49,504 nt of DNA from Guillardia theta CCMP2712. Lineage: Eukaryota; Protista; Cryptophyta. The translations under genes were made by a program, and so were the position numbers. Shown here in pieces: positions 26,510-39,493 of the stretch. The stretch's first letter is position 1. Every line of letters starts with the position of its first letter. The notes beneath the pieces are model-generated. The model did not search any database, was not told the DNA's origin, and saw nothing but the letters and a program-made list of their open reading frames with translations. The stretch spans positions 1 to 49,504 of the forward strand of contig NW_005434647.1 in NCBI RefSeq assembly GCF_000315625.1, in the 5' to 3' direction.

Positions 26510-26666
26510 CTAAAAGTAGATATATAGAGCTATATATGGGACCTAAAAGTAGATATATAGAGCTATATATGGGACCTAAAAGTAGATATATAGAGCTATA
26601 TATGGGACCTAAAAGTAGATATATAGAGCTATATATGGGACCTAAAAGTAGATATATAGAGCTATA
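26510..26666 (+). repeat. 33-bp tandem repeat, ~4.8 perfect copies
   Basis: Unit CTAAAAGTAGATATATAGAGCTATATATGGGAC; internal 8-bp stem ATATATAG/CTATATAT. Confidence 0.95.
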
Positions 26667-26669
26667 AAG

Positions 26670-27060
26670 ATTCCCGGCCACCGCGGCAGTCAGCCCGCCT
26701 CCGGCCAGGGAGTCCAGCAGGCCCTGTGACGGGTCTAGGCCGGCTGCAGTGCGGCTCTCGAATGAGGCACCGGTGGCTCAGTTTGCTTGCCGCACACCCA
26801 CACCCCTTCCGACTCCCGTCATCAGAGTACGGTGCTGTACGGGCACGGTAACTTCACTGCCGCAGTGCGCCTTTGGCAACCGTCCGGTGTGCCGCCGCCG
26901 CCCCGGCGGGGCCCACCGAGTCAGCGGCGCCCGGCGTGACCGTCGCCGAGTACGGTCCGTTCCAGCCTGCCCCGGTCCCGGCCGCTGGCCCCGGAGTCGT
27001 GACCGTGCACAGCCGCGGCCGAACTTGGAAGCGGCGGTGCGGCATCATGGCATAATGCCG
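26670..27060. other. GC-rich palindrome-dense block (class GC, copy 4)
   Basis: TCACTGCCGCAGTGCG 26854-26869 identical to 7410-7425; CGCCGAGTACGGTC 26944-26957. Confidence 0.7.
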
Positions 27061-27099
27061 CCATAATTTACTTAGTTTTGTTTATCAGAACAGTGAAAA

Positions 27100-28450
27100 T
27101 TCTTTCATTTCTTGCATCAAAATCTTGTTGCTCCTGCTCAAAGTCATGTTATCCATGTTATCCATGATACATGCTGACGGTGAGCTCACCTCGCTAACAA
27201 ATCCGAGACTTTCATATGTTGAAATTGTTTTGCGCGCGAAGATAATGAGATTGTCTCATCTTGTCCTTGCACAACATAATCTTGCCTCGAATAGACCTCA
27301 ACAATCGCCTTGTAAGACATTTCGCACATCTCATCTCTTCTCGTGATACCTCCAGACTGTCATTCAAGTCATCATCACTAGCTTCTGATTCAGAAACTGG
27401 GACAGGCTTGACATGATGGATCTCTTCAGCATCGACCAAGCTACTGTGGTTGGCAGAGCAGCTCTTGATGGCCTCATCCAGCTCACACAGCACTTTGCTC
27501 ATCTCCTCCTGCAAGCTTCCACCTGTTCTCTCAGTGCACGAACGGTTGCTGGTGGTGTAGAGGCACCTGGAGGTTTCGTTCAGGCTGCGCAGATTCGATC
27601 TGCGGAGAGAAGAATTTGTGAGGTCCCTGAGAGCCTCACTACTGTCAGCACATGCTTGACGCTTCGAAACACCATCACTACATCCCAACCGCGAGGTCGT
27701 GACATCTTGTTGCAAGATGTCTGTTGAAACACGCACTGTGAGAGTGTTCTTCCTTATCCGTGAAAGCTGCTCTGGTTTCAAGTTTCTTGAAAGCTCCATC
27801 TAACAAAGGCAGGGGCATGAGAATGAATCATACCACGAGTCATGTTGTGCAATCTAACATCACCCAGTTGGACTGCAGGTCCTCGACGTCGTCAAACACT
27901 TTGGCAAGCAAGTCAAAGACTCCATCCTTCCCGGTACAATCTGTTTGGATGGTCCAGCCCAGCCTGCAACATGAACAATCATGTGATGAGATGGTCAACC
28001 AGATTATTAAGCAACCTCGTGAGCCGTGCATGGATGAATTCAATAATTTGGTCTTGACCGTCTGCTTCCTTGGTATCGTTCAAATTGGCATTTTGCCAAT
28101 GACTCAGCTCAGATCTATTATTTGGATGGCCTTCCTTTGGTGTAAACCAACATTCTTCTCCCCGTGGCCTGACTGAGTTGATCTGCGATCTCACCCTCGT
28201 ACTCGTGTCTGGGCGAGCATGGTTTCGAGGCTGCCGTACACGAACTTCCTGAGCTGCTTGCCAGGGAGTCACGCCGTCTTTCACTTGCTGCAGCATCTTG
28301 TTGATGCTTTCTCGCATTTGCTGCTCTGATCCAATCTCGTTCATATCTGCTCTGCTGCTCGTGCCGCTTCCTTCCGCTGCTTGCTCCACTGCTTGCTCCG
28401 CTTCCTTTTGAACTTTTGAACTGGCGTGGAAGCACCTCCTCTGAGTCCGG
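27100..28450 (-). CDS. Uncharacterised multi-exon protein
   Basis: Chained ORF segments (MNEIGSEQQMRESINKMLQQ.., KDGVFDLLAKVFDDVEDLQSNW, MELSRNLKPEQL..) with short introns; no recognised domain; ends uncertain. Confidence 0.5.
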
Positions 28451-28559
28451 CGGGCCTGACCGTCAGCACTAGTGGCAGGACAATGGCCCGGGGCTGATCT
28501 TGCCTGTAAGCCCAGGCCCTGCCGTGTAAGCAACTGCAAATTTGAACTGTTGCATGTAT

Positions 28560-28800
28560 ATTTCAAAATTACTTCAGGAAAAAGTTATTTTACAACAGGA
28601 ACATTCAACACACCTATTTTTAGGATATAGAACTTCTTTTAATACTCCAAAACTATCTTTTTGGAGAAATATTTCTATAGTTAGTATTTTAGTATTTTAG
28701 GCTAAGACTTCTTGTACCAGAGAGATATGCAACTACATGCATTTTTAGATTCAACCCTTTACATTAGTTATATAGGTCTAAAATGATATATTTAGAACCC
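28560..28800. other. AT-rich block (TTTTAG/CTAAAA words)
   Basis: Multiple ttttag, tatag, ctaaaa. Confidence 0.55.
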
Positions 28801-29460
28801 CTACCTCCTTCTTCCTCCAAGAATTAGGGGTACTATGGTTGGCTCCACCCGGCCGACCTCATCTCACAAATTTTCTCAAGTAAGTACCCCACCCCCCCAC
28901 CCACCAATGCCTGAAACATGATTTAAAAGGACGGGTCCTACCCCCCTTCGGTCATCCTCACCCATGACCACCCCCTTCATTCAGCTTCACACCCCCAGAC
29001 CACCCCTAACGATCGAAGAATCAGGCTCATGACCCCCTCCGTTGAGGGGTCACAAGTGGGTAAAACTGTTCCTGCACCCTACCCGGACCCCGACGTTCAT
29101 GTTGTCTTTGCTGGACAATACACCGGTACTGTACTACCCCACCCTTCTCGAATAATAAGTACCATTTGGTCTGCAATCAGAGTTGGAACTGATGACCCCG
29201 CATTCTATTTCCCCCATCGAATTCCCACCCTACCCCCTTTCCCACTCAACTTTTGACTCATACAACCCCGTCATCATCAACCACCGGTGTCGATCCTTGT
29301 TCACTACCCCCCGGCAATCAACTCGCTTGGCCATACCCTCTAACCCCCACGAGAGGCCGGGTACTACCCCTACTTCTATCGTTGTATCAACTACCCTAAA
29401 TTGTTTTCTACAAAAGAGGGGTAGTAATCATACTCGAAGGTACCCCCACCCCCACATTCT
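28795..29460. promoter_or_regulatory. TACCCC-rich block upstream of the cNMP-domain gene
   Basis: Many taccc/acccc; ACCGGTAC 29122-29129, ACCGGT 29283-29288. Confidence 0.55.
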
Positions 29461-30019
29461 CCCTGCTGCAGCTGCCTGTCGCCATCGCGCGCCTCTCCTC
29501 CTCTGCCGCTGCTGCCTTATCATGCACTCACCGTCCTTTCGCTCTCCTCCTCCTCCTCCCGCCCTCCAACCCCCCAAAAACAAAAACCTCTGTTAACAAT
29601 CTTCTTCGGTATTTCTTCCAACAGTCTCGCATTCCTCTCGTCTCCTTTCCTTTCTCTCTTGCTTCCCTTGGCCCATCTAGGGTGCTTGTTAGTACATGCT
29701 GCTTTTCTTGGCCACCAGTTTGTGATCGAGTTCTTGCGAGACAAGAGTTCCATTGTGCTGGTAGTGCTTTAGCTAGAGTCACTGCAACTTCATTCTGCGA
29801 CTTCATGGTTCGTTTCGGTGCTCATAGGCTGCTGACTACAATGTTTTCTGGTGTGTTTGCTTTGTCAAGTTCTCACTTTGCGTTTTCAGATTGAAAGTGA
29901 ACAAAATCTTATCTTCTTGGGCTTGTCCCACATCCACTAGATCAGCCTGCAAGGGCGTAAACGATTTTTCCATCTCAAGGCCTTAGGTTTGTTGTTTCTT
30001 ATTTCTGAGCGTGATCAAG

Positions 30020-32491
30020 ATGTCCAGAAAAAGCATTGAAATTGTGGAAACGTCCATGAAATTGGACTCCAATTCACTTTCATTGTTTCGGAGACAGCCC
30101 CCAGCAGAAAGTAATGCACTCGCACTTACCTCTCCCATAGACGATGACTACTTGCCGCCATCGTCTAATACAGGAGGCCTCTTATTAAACCCCAGCGTTT
30201 TGAAGAACGAAAACGACCTGGACGGCTGGGAGATAAAACCGTGCTCCTTCTTACACAATTGTAGAATAACGGTGATGGTTGGAAGTACTTTAGCAAATGC
30301 CGTGCCAGCAGAAAAAGGAGGCGACGACTGGATGAGAATGCGAGGTCAATACATTCAGTCGAAGGAAAGTGCTATTAAAGAAGTACATTGGGAGACAAAC
30401 AGGGTTTTGACCAAATTTCTTGATTGTGTGGAAGAAAATGATAACGCAATTGATACTATGGACTCGGAAGCATTGTATGAATTTGCGAGCAATGTTTTAA
30501 AGGTCCTCGCGAGTTTAAACAAGGTGGTGTCACCAATCTTTTCTGCGCGAATGCCCAGACCCTCCGTGAAACAAGTATTTCTTCCTCCGGTGGCGTCGGA
30601 CCCTGAGTATACGGCAGAAATTTTGTCTCATTGGGTAATTGAAACAGCCTCAACCACTCGCAAAGCACTTTCTTTCATACGCAGACAAGCAACGATTTTA
30701 AGTGACATTCTGAATGATGTGAAGGAGTCAGCGGATGAAGAGTTAGCCGAAATTGAAAGGTCAAGGAATGCAAATGTTGAAGAGGCCGCCGAAGAAAAGG
30801 ATGCAGCATATCAGGTCCATCCTGGACCGAAGCCAGAAAAGAAATCGGATGAGGACAAGTTTGCTGCTATAGCACATACAAGTGGCCCAATGCCAGACAG
30901 TGATCGATCACAAGATCTTGCCAAAGAGATCAAGCTGACAGGACTGATGACTTTCTTTGTTCGCAGAGCAGATTACAGGGCTTGTCAGGAATTACTTGAT
31001 CGCATTGGAGAGACACAGGACTCATTTGATAATCGGGGGAAGAACAAGAAGGGTTCAGTGGGACTGAATGTTCTTACAGCAATTAGGAAAGTACAGAACC
31101 AGACGGGAAAACTTGGTGTGCACCGTACTTCTCTAATGCCTAACGAATTCGAACTGGTGAGGAAAATGACGTTGTTCAGAGGAGGGATTGATAGCGGCGA
31201 CCTGCTGTGTGAAGTAGCAAGTCGCTTGAAGCCACTTCTTTTTCAATCTAGTACATGTGTAATAAGATCAGGAACTATCGGGATGGGAATGTACTTCATA
31301 AATAACGGCAAATGCAACGTTTCAGTACAAGGTTCGCAAGTGGCAAAGCTGGGATATGGTGACTTCTTCGGAGAGGTTGCTTTGACAATGGCTTCTCAAC
31401 GAACCGCGGATGTAGAGGCTGAAGGTCTTGTGGAACTATTTGAATTTACCCGGCGCGATCTCAAAGATGTTGTGTCAAAGTATCCTCACTTATTGAAACG
31501 CTTGAAAGACCAAGGAAGGGCTAGAATTAAACGGGCTTGTTCATCGCGTTTCAGGGTTATAGAAGATGGGGACGGTGAAGTTACTGTAACATCATCGCGT
31601 GATTCAGGCCAACGAGACTCACCCAGCAATCAAAGAAGTGGTAGTAAGGGCCAGTCAGAGCAGGGTTTGCAATTTGGTGATGGGGACGCAGTAGATCCTC
31701 AAATCGTACAGAGATTGAAGTTCCTGTTTGAGCCTGGGGTATCTGATGAAGAAGAAGATGTCGAACAACCAAAGCTCACCGACAAAGCCTGGAGAGACAT
31801 TGTGGGAAAAATGAGAAGGGTAAAGAGCATGAAAGTCCCAGGCAAACAAAACTGATGGATGTCCACCTCTTTTCAGGTTCAAGTACGTGAAGGTGAGAAG
31901 TTGGTAGGACCCGGGGTTGAAGGCAACAGCATCTACATATTGGAAGCTGGAGAATGTCATGTTCTCATAAACAATCTCAAGGTTGTCAATTTTATTTCAA
32001 ATTGAAAGTTCTTTCTCTGATCCTATCTTTCAGGTTTCTGGAATGCACCCTGGAGACTTCTTCGGAGAAGTCGCCCTGATGCTGTCGATCGAGAGAACAG
32101 CACAAATCGTAACCGCGACACCCTGTACATTATTACGCCTAAAGTCAGAGGAACTTTGTGATATTCTGGACGCATATCCAGCTCTGTAAGCTATCGCTTA
32201 TCCGACGAGTCGTTAGTTCTGACGTATGCGCACTCAGATACAGAAATTTGATGTCGTTGGCATCCAAACGCGCTGATAAACTTCAGAAAGCCTATGAGGA
32301 ACTAAAGGGGACCGAACCGACCACCACTGCAAAGGCTGCCAGCGAACCGATGGGCTGCGCACTTCCTCCAGGGTATGATTCTAACCCTGACGAGCCAGGA
32401 TCAGGTATGTTTGATGAGCGAAGGGCCGTCCCGCTGACAATCTGCAGCAGGTTCACCGGGTACTCGAATAGAACAAGTCTCGGATGAATAA
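30020..32491 (+). CDS. Protein with two cyclic-nucleotide-binding (cNMP) domains and a long helical N-terminus
   Basis: GMYFINNGKCNV..LGYGDFFGEVAL..RTADV and SIYILEAGECHV..PGDFFGEVAL..RTAQI; last exon GSPGTRIEQVSDE*. Confidence 0.85.
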
Positions 32492-32810
32492 GGCATGAAT
32501 CTTTGCCGTGAAAATCGCTGGAACTGATTGGATTTCCAGTCTTTGACTTGCAAACATGTTTATGTGGGGATTTGCGAATGAATTTCATCGTAGCATTTGA
32601 TGAAATCCAATGAATGTTGAAATATCTTTTCAGAGCTTTGCAAATCGCCATGTCTACTTTACACCAACCTTCTAATTAACACAGCGGTGCAGAGAACTAT
32701 CTTGTCACAAAGCAACCCTGCGTTTGCAGTAGGTTTCTTTCGAATTTATGACGTTCATTCAGCTCAAGTCATAGATGATGAATAGTTTAAGTGAGAGACC
32801 ACGAGCAATT

Positions 32811-33400
32811 TTAGGTAGGAGTTCTTTGGAAGAGCGGCAGCTTCGTTGGTTTCAAATGGTTGATATTCGGCACCTCACTGGATTTGGAAATGGTTGGCTG
32901 ATAGTCGTCCTCCTCTGCAACACATGCGATCTCGTCAATCTGATCAACTCGTGCCTTCTTCTCCTGATTTCCTTCGCCTCGCTCCATGGCCTGCCGCTTG
33001 TCCCCACTGATGGGGTCTTGAGTGTCCTCCACGTTCACGGACATCTTATAGGCTCTCGAGCATGAATTAACCTCGGCTAGGAAATATAAGACACCAGGAC
33101 ACACCGACTCGTACGCACCTGATCCTTGACGTTCGATTCTTCTGATCTCCCACCTTTCAAACTTGAGAACCCACAACTTTCACGAGATCACTGGCTCCTC
33201 CAATAAATAGCCACCTATCAAAGGATCTAAAACACTTCGAAGACGGCTTCTAATCGATTTGAGCTTCTTGTTCCTGTTCAAGCAAAATTATTCAGACAAG
33301 GCACACGCATCACTTTCATCTTCTCTTTACCCCCATGTTGCCTAAATTTGTATGGCTCACCCTCGCCCTTCTTTCCCATCCCATCTCTCTTGATCCTGCA
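32811..33400 (-). CDS. Uncharacterised small multi-exon protein
   Basis: Splice-bounded segments (NKKLKSIRSRLRSVLDPLI, VLKFERWEIRRIERQGSGAYE, MSVNVEDTQDPISGDKRQ..); both ends uncertain. Confidence 0.4.
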
Positions 33401-33879
33401 TACTCACACCTATTTTCTTTTCACATGCTCATCTGTCCTGGTGTGATCTGAAATCTTTTCTAAACTACTTCATGATAGACAAACTTCCTTCCATCACAAC
33501 ATGGTTTGAGGTGTTCAATTCTTCGATCCCCTTGCTTTCTCCTCATAGTGAAAATTATCTTTCATGTGGGTATAGATCAAAGTGCTAAACCCCCATGATC
33601 AAACACCCACAATTTCTCAAGTTTCCTCTCACTCAAGATATATATGTCTCATTCCTTCGGTCTTGAAACACACATTCTTTGTTCCTAACCTCTTCGTTCC
33701 CTGCTTCAAGAAACTAGTCTCAGCTCAGATAAGCTCTTCCTTTCGCTTCCCGATTCGCCATATCTTTCATTTCATCTGCTTCCTTATTACCTCTCCTGCG
33801 CCCCTTCTTCCCTCCCTTCCTCCTCTTTCCCATCCCTGAATCTCGATTGTCGCCATCTCCAAAGAGCTCCTCTTTCCCG

Positions 33880-34320
33880 CAGCCCCCACCCCCCTTATCT
33901 CCCTTCTTCTACCCCACCATTTGTCTCCCCTCCTCCTGCTCTGTTCACCTACCCCTTCCTTCTACCAGAAAAGTACCCCTGCAAGCCCTCTATTCTACGT
34001 ACCTTCTTTGTATCACCTACTCAGTCATAACCCCCACCCCCCTATCCCCCACAGGCAGACCCTCTATAATATACCAGATAGCCACCCCACCTGGCGGGTA
34101 CATGACCACCCCTACCACACAACTCGACACAATTTGGGTGCCAATTACCCACCCCTATCTCCTTATATGTGCCACTTAGTCTAAGGGGGGTAGTGAACCC
34201 CTACCAACCTCCTACTCAGCCTTTACCCTACCCCCCTCTTCAGCCACATAAAAGCAGTCCCACCAAAACCCCCACCTACCCCCGCGCTTTCGCCAAGATA
34301 TCAGTGGTTGAAGGGGGTCC
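33880..34320. promoter_or_regulatory. TACCCC-rich block
   Basis: Dense ctacccc, accaccc, tacccaccc words on +. Confidence 0.5.
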
Positions 34321-34459
34321 TCTCAGACAAAGGTGCTGGCCTTTTTACGGCCAAAATTTTTGATTTGGAGAGATTTTCAATTCTTACTGGTTATAATTTC
34401 AAATTAAATAACACACACATTTGAACATTTGGCATCAAAAGTTAACATGATTTAAGGAG

Positions 34460-34850
34460 TTCCCGCGAGCGACGTTGAAAGCCTCCGTCAACCGGCGAGA
34501 CTCGAAGGGAGTTGGTAGTACCGTACGCCGTACTCGGAGTACCCGCCGGGCCGCCGGACTCAGCGGTCAATGATTCGGCGGGCCGCAGCGGCCAGTTAAG
34601 TTAGCCTGGGCGGCTAACCGACATGACTGAGTCGCGGCGACTCACTGAGTCGGTCACCGGGTCAACTTGCAGGCTTCAAGTCAAGTTGACTGTCACACCG
34701 CCGGAGTCCGGGCCGACTCGGAGCCTGGGAGACAGGCTGAGGCTCAGCGGCTCGGAGAGCGACTCCGTACCGCCGGCCGCATCAGTGCTGCATCACTGCG
34801 GCAGCCCGGCCGGCCGCGCGGGCCTTACGGTGCCAGTACCGGGTAAAGTT
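34460..34850. other. GC-rich palindrome-dense block (class GC, copy 5)
   Basis: AGTACCGTAC 34517-34526, GCTTCAAGTCAA 34673-34684, CACTGCGGCAG 34794-34804, ACCGGGTAAAGT 34838-34849 (also at 683-694). Confidence 0.7.
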
Positions 34851-34983
34851 TCAAGCGTTTCATTCAAATACAGGCGAGGGTAAGACTGAAGGATCGAACA
34901 ATCAGACTCCGAGTGACTCATCATCAGTCAGTGATCACTATGAGCCGGATCGTTCGCCTCAAGACAAACATTCATATCATACG

Positions 34984-37500
34984 TTACATCAAAGTAGCCT
35001 CGGTGCGTGTCGTTAATCGTGATTCCAAGCGTCGTCCCCAACAGTTTACAGCAAAGCCCCTCATTTCCTCCTGCTGTTCCCACTGGATCGACGTTTGTTC
35101 TAGCGCACAGTGAGAGAGCAGGCAATAAGGTTTGGGGGGCATCAGCGTCACCTTGAGAAGCTTCTCGTCAACATCTTCCCTTGGCGCTCTCACCTGTTCG
35201 AGCACAAGTCACAGCAGCATCGTCGAGTCACGTCCCTACCTTGGAGATGGGAACCCACTCGTCCTCGTCCTCTGTGCCACCGACATACGTCACGTACAGC
35301 TTCTCCAGCCCCTCGCCGCCTTTTGGTGGTTTCATCTGAGCCAGGGGATCAGCGGCAGCCGGCAGGGGATTCCCCACTCTCACCTTCTTCACTTTTGCGT
35401 GCCACCAGTCTCCTTCCCACTTCACCTCCACCATGCATCCGTTGTACACCCACTCTGCCATGACGACCATCAGCTGCGCTCCACCGACGCCATGACGTTA
35501 CCGTGCACAGGAGCATCCTTCCTGGGTCTCTTTGTCTCCCGGTCATCACCGCGTCTGACGACTCAATCAGATAGGGAAGGAGAGGAGCGAACGGACCTTT
35601 CAGACTTCGACTCAGGAGGAGGAGGAGCCTTGTCCCGGATCGTTCGGATGTCATCGCCCACTTCTCTCTTGGAGAGGATAACGTACTCGATGAAGTGCGG
35701 CCACCTGCCACGAGCGACCGTGACCTGACACTCTACTCTCCTCACAGTCAAAAGGAGTAGCACCAGTTTGAATAGCCGCTGCTCTTGATGATCAGTTTCC
35801 TGGTCCAATCCCAGGGATTCTTGACGTCCAGGATGTTCTCTTCTTTTTCTTGAGCCTCTTTCTCTTCCTATTGAGTGCAAGCTTCAGCAGCAGCTCGTGA
35901 CTAGGAAGGGACAGACCTTAGTAGCAGGGGCTTGCTGCATGCAGGCGTAAGTCCACATGTCTCGTTTGTTGATGCGATTCTTGTCGATCTCTCTTTCCTG
36001 CGCATCACCATCGGTCTCAGCACAGCTCTGACAGGAGGACTGGTGGTCTGTTGGCACCTTCTCTCTGGTTGGAGACTCCGGCCGCCTCCTTTTTATCGCC
36101 ATTGGCTTGGAAGCATCGTCATCCATGAGGCCTGCCTCTGAGGAGGGCCAGGTTGAGTCCCCGTTGTCCAGAATTTCCTTCCTATCCTCTGCCATAGCCC
36201 GTGCGTCTGCATCGGCCTCGTTGAAGTCATGCTGGCCCATAGCTGAGAAGGAGCAGCACGTTAGGTCACAACCAGGGAAAGGGATCAAGTGTGAACCGTC
36301 AGTGCTCGAATTCGAGACCCCCTCCTCCTTCTTGATGGTGTATTCGTCTGATGAGGGCTGCATTTGCGACGATGAGAGGGCAGGGAGATGGTTTCCATTG
36401 TAAGGTTTCGCTCCTCTGTTGGATGCTTGAGGTGTCGTTGACGCCGGCCAAGTCCATACATCATTTTTGGGACTGCGGGAAAAGTCAACTTGTAATGACT
36501 TTGTGACAAATTCCAGACCTCATCATATTCTTGTTTGCTCCCGGTTTGACATTTCTGGAGTTTGGGTCGGACATAGAAGGTATGGATGTGGGACCTTGAT
36601 AGACATTTGACATGCTCAAAGGTTCACAAGGCACGTCTGAACTGCTACAAAGGAAGTCGATGGATCCCTTGCTGCTGCTTTGAGTCTCTTGTTCAACCTC
36701 TGCGTGGAAAGAATCATCCCGAAGTATTTCAGGTTAAGAAGAAGGAGTCTTACTTGGCTTGGATATTGAAAAGCCGTCTGTGAAGCTTGAAAGCGATGGT
36801 GTGCTTGGCACAAAACTGGTCGTGAGCGTCTTGAGAGGAGAGCTCGAGTTCTGAGTAGATAGAAATTCTTTGTAGGCCATTCCAATGCCAAGGAAGTTGT
36901 ATACATCGGCTGCTTTGATGTGCAAATTCCCTTTCCCCGGCGCGGGAGGGAGTTTTCTGAAATGCTTGAGCGCTTCGAAGTAGAATCGCGCGTAACTCTG
37001 GCATTGCTCAACTGTTTTGTTTCCAACTTTGGCAGCTACAGAAGCGAGAGATGTCAAATCCCTTGACGACGGATGCTCAGAGGGTCAACTCACCTAAGAT
37101 CGAGAAATCGGGAGGGAACTTTTGTGAGTCGATGGCGTTAACAAACCTTGTGTTCTCTTCCTCTGTCCAGAAATCGAAACCTTTCCTGAGTTCCTGAGGG
37201 CTCAACTGCGCATTTCCTCGCGGCTTCAACAAGTTGATGATGTCATTTTGCAACCCTGCCGCCACTTGTCAGCACGTGGACCCAGCGCGGCCAACCCTTC
37301 TGGCTGTGACCTGGGAGCTGAATGCCGTTCAACATCGAAGGAATCCCGTTCAGAAGCTGGAAGGTAGGTTGTTGCATGATGGACATGAAGTCGTTCGGAT
37401 GTCTCTGCGTGAGATTGTTCTGACAGGAAATCATCAGATACCCAACGATCGGGAAACAGAGAAACAAGAGACAAGCCTGCCACCCTGACCGCCCATGGCA
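34984..37500 (-). CDS. Putative chromatin protein with SANT/Myb domain and C-terminal Tudor/chromo-barrel (Agenet-like) domain
   Basis: FWTEEENTRFVNAI..F..VAAKVGNKTVEQCQSYARFY (SANT); GCMVEVKWEGDWWHAKV..LYVTYVGGTEDEDEWVP (Tudor-knot-like); start uncertain. Confidence 0.75.
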
Positions 37501-38189
37501 TGAGGAACCACTCTTAAGCCTCTTACCTTCACTTCCACTGACTTGGCGGAAACGTTTTGGGGTTGTGCCATCCACCACACCCCCTTGATTCAGAGCCGTT
37601 CAACCCGACGTTGCAGGATACTGTTCCTGAAGTCAAAGTGACTACTGAGGACCGAATCGACATAAGACAAGCCTCAACATAAAACACGAGCCGAGTTGCA
37701 AAAACTGACATGATCCTCAGATTTGATGCGGCAACAGGAATAGACGGGATCATGCACAACACTTGAAGCTATCCTTTAGCTCTCTACCAGTATCGGGAAC
37801 AGATAGGAGACGTAAATGTATCGTCCAACTTTCAAGTTCGAAGTAAAGTCATCGAAGCAAAAGAACAAGAGCCATGTGTGTGGCAACCGCATTTTGAGTC
37901 ACTAAAGACACACACAAGCACTGAAACAAGCAACAGAAGACTATCATCAAGCATCCTGAGAGCCGCATGCGCACTGGGTGTAAACATGGAGTCAGGGTTA
38001 AGAAGCCCTCGGCAGCGAGTCGGAGAGACGGGAAAGAGGAAGTGAGAGGGGTCAAGCTAGGATGGTAGGTTGGAGGCGATGTGAGGAGGAGAGATGAAGC
38101 CATGGAGGAGCCGCGACAAGGGAGAAGCGAGGGATGCGTCGTTAACATGCCACGGCGAATGGCGGAGGCGAAAGAAACGAGCAGGGGAG

Positions 38190-39260
38190 CCACCACCCCA
38201 CCCCTACCTACCTCTTGACACCAAGCTTTAGACTACCGTACCCCATCTAGTTTCTTAGTCCACGATTATGTACCCCCTTTTCTTCTGGGGGTTTATTATG
38301 AGAATAGACCGGTACTTTGTAGACCCACCCACTCGATTCTGTGTTTACCACTTGTACCCCCATTCTCAATCTTCTATGCATTTTCCTACACTCCAACGAC
38401 CACCCAACCTTCTCCCTGATAAACCACCCACCGTCGTTATCAAGTACCCCTCTGACTCTTTTATACACCCGTGCTCTTTACTGTCCTTGGTTATGATGAC
38501 ACCACCCCTTCCTTCACCCCCACCCCTATTTTAAACCACCCACCCATGTATCTGGACAATACCCCCACATCGATGGTTTTCCCAACATGACCCACCCGGC
38601 TGGGGCTGAATTCCTGTATGATGCGGTTACCCCCTCCTTCTCAATTACCACCCCGTATTTTCGATCCTTACCACCCTACCCCCTCTAAAACCTTATCCCC
38701 TCATATTGAAGATTTTCTACCCCACCTCATCTATACCCTCACATCTGTATAGAAACAAACCGGTTGTACCTCTACCCCTACCTACATTATTTTTAAAAAA
38801 ATCCCGGCTTGCTCAGCCTACCCACCCCTCCGATCCTTGCAGGTACCCCTACCCACTTTACCCCTGGTCACAAGGATCACAGATGTACCCTACCAACTTC
38901 AACCATCACCAACCCCTCATCATGTTCAACTACCGGTTTCTATCTGCGAAGAAGTACCCCTCCTCTCCCATCACTACCTACCCAACTACCTACCCAAGAT
39001 TGTACTTTGTTGGAGGGCGTGGGGTAGTATGAAGTGTTGAGTAATATCAATGCACTCGGCCCGGGTCTCACCGGGCCCGGCCACGTCACCGCAATAAAGG
39101 CAACACCAGGTCTAATAGCTAGCGGCTATTGCCTGCTCTAACCACCGACCCAACCCCTAGCATCCCCAGCAAAACTATTCACCCCACAGCGCTCAATGGG
39201 GGTACTGATGGTAAAACGGAGGGGTAGTCCACCAACCCTCTGAGGTAGACTACCGGCGGT
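38190..39260. promoter_or_regulatory. Longest TACCCC-rich block, between divergent SANT and UGDH genes
   Basis: Dozens of taccc/accaccc; ACCGGTAC 38308-38315, ACCGGT 38759-38764 and 38932-38937; GGGGTA words appear at the right end. Confidence 0.55.
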
Positions 39261-39493
39261 GAAGCAGAATGCGGGAAGGTGAGTTCATGCAGGGAGGACG
39301 GGACGGGAGCAGGAGCTTGGGAGCAAGAGCTTGATGAGGAGAGGAGAAGCTGTAGGAGAGGAGGAGCTGTAGGAGGATATAAGGAATACATTGGGAAGGG
39401 ATGGAGAAGCAAGGAGTGTGCATGTGGTGGGGGAGAGAGAACTACGCAGCCAAGTCGTGAGGGCTGCGGTGTAGGACGTCCTCGTCACAGCAT

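Noticed and set aside
26510-26666. CRISPR-like array (33-bp palindromic repeats)
   Set aside because: Units are head-to-tail with no unique spacers, no cas genes, eukaryotic context
26355-26681. 108-aa ORF with IYSSIYLLLGP repeats
   Set aside because: Translation of the 33-bp tandem repeat, non-ATG start
38190-39260. Interstitial telomeric repeats
   Set aside because: Words are TACCCC/ACCACCC, dispersed and non-tandem, not (CCCTAA)n or (CCCTAAA)n arrays
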